From: the human T2T-CHM13v2.0 reference genome, Homo sapiens | Assembly: GCF_009914755.1 (NCBI RefSeq) | Contig: NC_060947.1 | DNA length: 64,000 bases | Strand: one strand, 5' to 3' | Shown: piece by piece, positions 61,523 to 64,000 of the stretch | Numbering within the stretch: position 1 is the first letter of the stretch | How the letters are laid out: every line of letters begins with the position of its first letter | Position numbers and translations under genes: made by a program | The notes under the pieces: model-generated | The model's database searches: none | The model's input: the letters and a program-made list of their open reading frames with translations, nothing else | Told to the model about the DNA's origin: nothing

Positions 61523-63279
61523 TATTGCATTACATTTAGGTGAGCTTATTCAAATTTAGATTTTTCATAAAACTGCCTACCCACACTGCTTTATGATCTT
61601 TAGATTTACCAGGTAATAGGTAGAAGAGAGAAATTCATTTATTCAATATTTTAGTGGGTTAGTAGTCTGGCACCTACAATGTGCCAGACACTGTGTTAGG
61701 CATGAGAAAATGAGTAATGGTAAGAAGTATGAAAAGGGTACTGAAGAGTAGTTTATGCCTGTGCTGAAGTTGCAGAGCCATACAAAAGAGAAGGAAGCCA
61801 ATCTCAGCTCTGGACTATTCATTGATAACACTTGGTGTGTATAATGTAAAGTTCTAGAACCCACTGAGAAGAAATGTTCATGCTTATAAGTAAAACCCTT
61901 TAAATAACTTTAAAAAATTGAATATTTGAATAGATGTTACAACTTACAGATTACTTTTGCTTAGTATTGGTCATTATAGAACCTTGCACAATATCAATCA
62001 AACCAAAAGCCCACTTTAAAAATTGATGTATAATATTTTTGATTAGGAAATAAAATTGTCTACAGATTAAAAATCCTGATAATTTACTCTATAAACATTT
62101 TCTTTTAGGGCTTGGGAGGGTATTCTCACCCATTGGTAAGTAGAAACTGAATAAAGCAAAAATTAAATAGCTCCTTTGGCATGGTTTGGAAAGGACTACA
62201 TTAAGATTGCTGACAATTTATGCAGTCAGCTGAAAAAATCATCACCATGTTGGCTTCATGTATTGCAAAGATGTGCAGACACAAAGATTTTTCTTCATGA
62301 AAGAACATATGTCCCCTGTTACAGTCACACTTGATGATTTGCTTCTGAAAGACAAGTAACGTGAGAAAAGTCAGAAAAGCTAATTGATAGTTGTAGAGGC
62401 AATAATCTATTCACTCCCAATTGTATTTGGACATACTGTACTAGAGAGAGAGAACTCCCCCTGGGACATTTTGCTACATTTTTAAAAAGTCAACAACATT
62501 CTACATTCTACCAGTATTTGTCACCCCTGCAAAACAGGGGCCAGCTTATTTTAACCATAGTTTGTTATGTTAATTCATTTAATGAAAAAGCATCCACCAT
62601 TTCAAATTGCAGATAATCAAATCCCTTGTATTTAGTGACTGACCTCATCCCTAGTAGAGCATATCAATATATCCAAGGAATAGAAAGTGTTCTTGCCTGC
62701 AAGAGGTGGCATCATGAAGTATTGCCTATGAATTGTCAACATTATCAGATTTAAAACTCAATAATAATTGAAATTTTCTACAATTGAAAAACAGCTTTGG
62801 TTTTTGCTACCCCCAGGAAACAAAAACTCATTTATTGCTGGCCAGAAGTCCCACCTCGCCAGAAACATGGTCCAGACAGAAATGATTAATGTTCTCCTCC
62901 AAATTAATTTCAAGCTGTCTAACTTAGCTATTTCCATTTTCCCCTAAGTAAACACCAGATCTCTACAAACAGCAGTAACCCAGTCTTGCTTTAGGATGTG
63001 CTGTTTCCTCTCCAGTCTATACATGCCATCCTTTAACTTCACACATATTTCTTCCTCTATAAAGGACACAGCCTTTTGGTAGTCACTAACTCAGTATAAA
63101 AAAGAAACAGTATTGAGAGCAAGAGAGAGATTGCCTTGAGCCATTTGATTGTAATAATTGTAACACATGCACACATGAGGTAAGAACTATCACTGTAGAA
63201 TGAATCGAATTCAGGCTTGCCCAGAGAGATCTCTTAAATAAATAGGGGGGTGACTGCATAGAACAATAGGTAGAAATGA

Positions 63280-63564
<285 letters not shown>

Positions 63565-64000
63565 TAAAGACATAAAAAAGATGAGACCTTGATCTTGAGA
63601 GAAGACATACTAAAAGGAATAGGACCAGATTATGTAGAATCTCAGAGTATGCAAAGAGGATAAGTATAGCCATTTCTATAAATCATCCAAACCTAGAAAT
63701 CTAAAAGTTGGAGGTCATTTCTTGAAGCTTGAAAAAAAAAGAGATAAATTTAGGGCAAATGAATTTTTGGTTATGCACTATACTATGGCTAGTAAATGAA
63801 ACTTAGTACTCTCAAAAGTTACAGATTGAATATATAAATAGCTTCAAAAAATTCAAAGCTTTCAAACATATGACATTCTTTAGGGAGATTAGAATATTTT
63901 ATAAGATGTTCCTAACTTCAAGATAGACATTACAAAGGACAGCATCCTCTGGCTCATCAGACAAATGATTAGCCTAGACAGGCTGTGGAACTTAGCCAGT

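Overview
This is primate (very likely human) genomic DNA from inside GRIA3 (AMPA receptor subunit GluA3, X chromosome) on the + strand. Three coding exons of the N-terminal domain are present with canonical AG/GT ends: 19634-19687, 59681-59842 and 63358-63525, probably exons 5-7. The rest is intron filled with Alu, L1 (including nested and one apparently full-length old copy), MIR, L2, DNA-transposon and LTR remnants. The main unexplained structure is a strongly diverged tandem array of about 26 units of ~270 bp at ~33.1-46.9 kb, broken up by later retro-insertions. Read on the minus strand, each unit looks like a ~117-119 nt exon plus a ~150 nt intron carrying a conserved stem-loop. This suggests a fossil, or possibly still transcribed, multi-exon antisense gene or lncRNA nested in a GRIA3 intron. 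Other notable items are an L1-retrotransposed MER41B/env fragment with both STAT GAS motifs intact, a candidate poison-exon pair, a Y3 RNA retrocopy, a local duplication carrying a relic of the GRIA3 exon, and a double hairpin. Repeat subfamily names come from remembered consensus sequences, not from a database search. Boundaries of old repeats are approximate.
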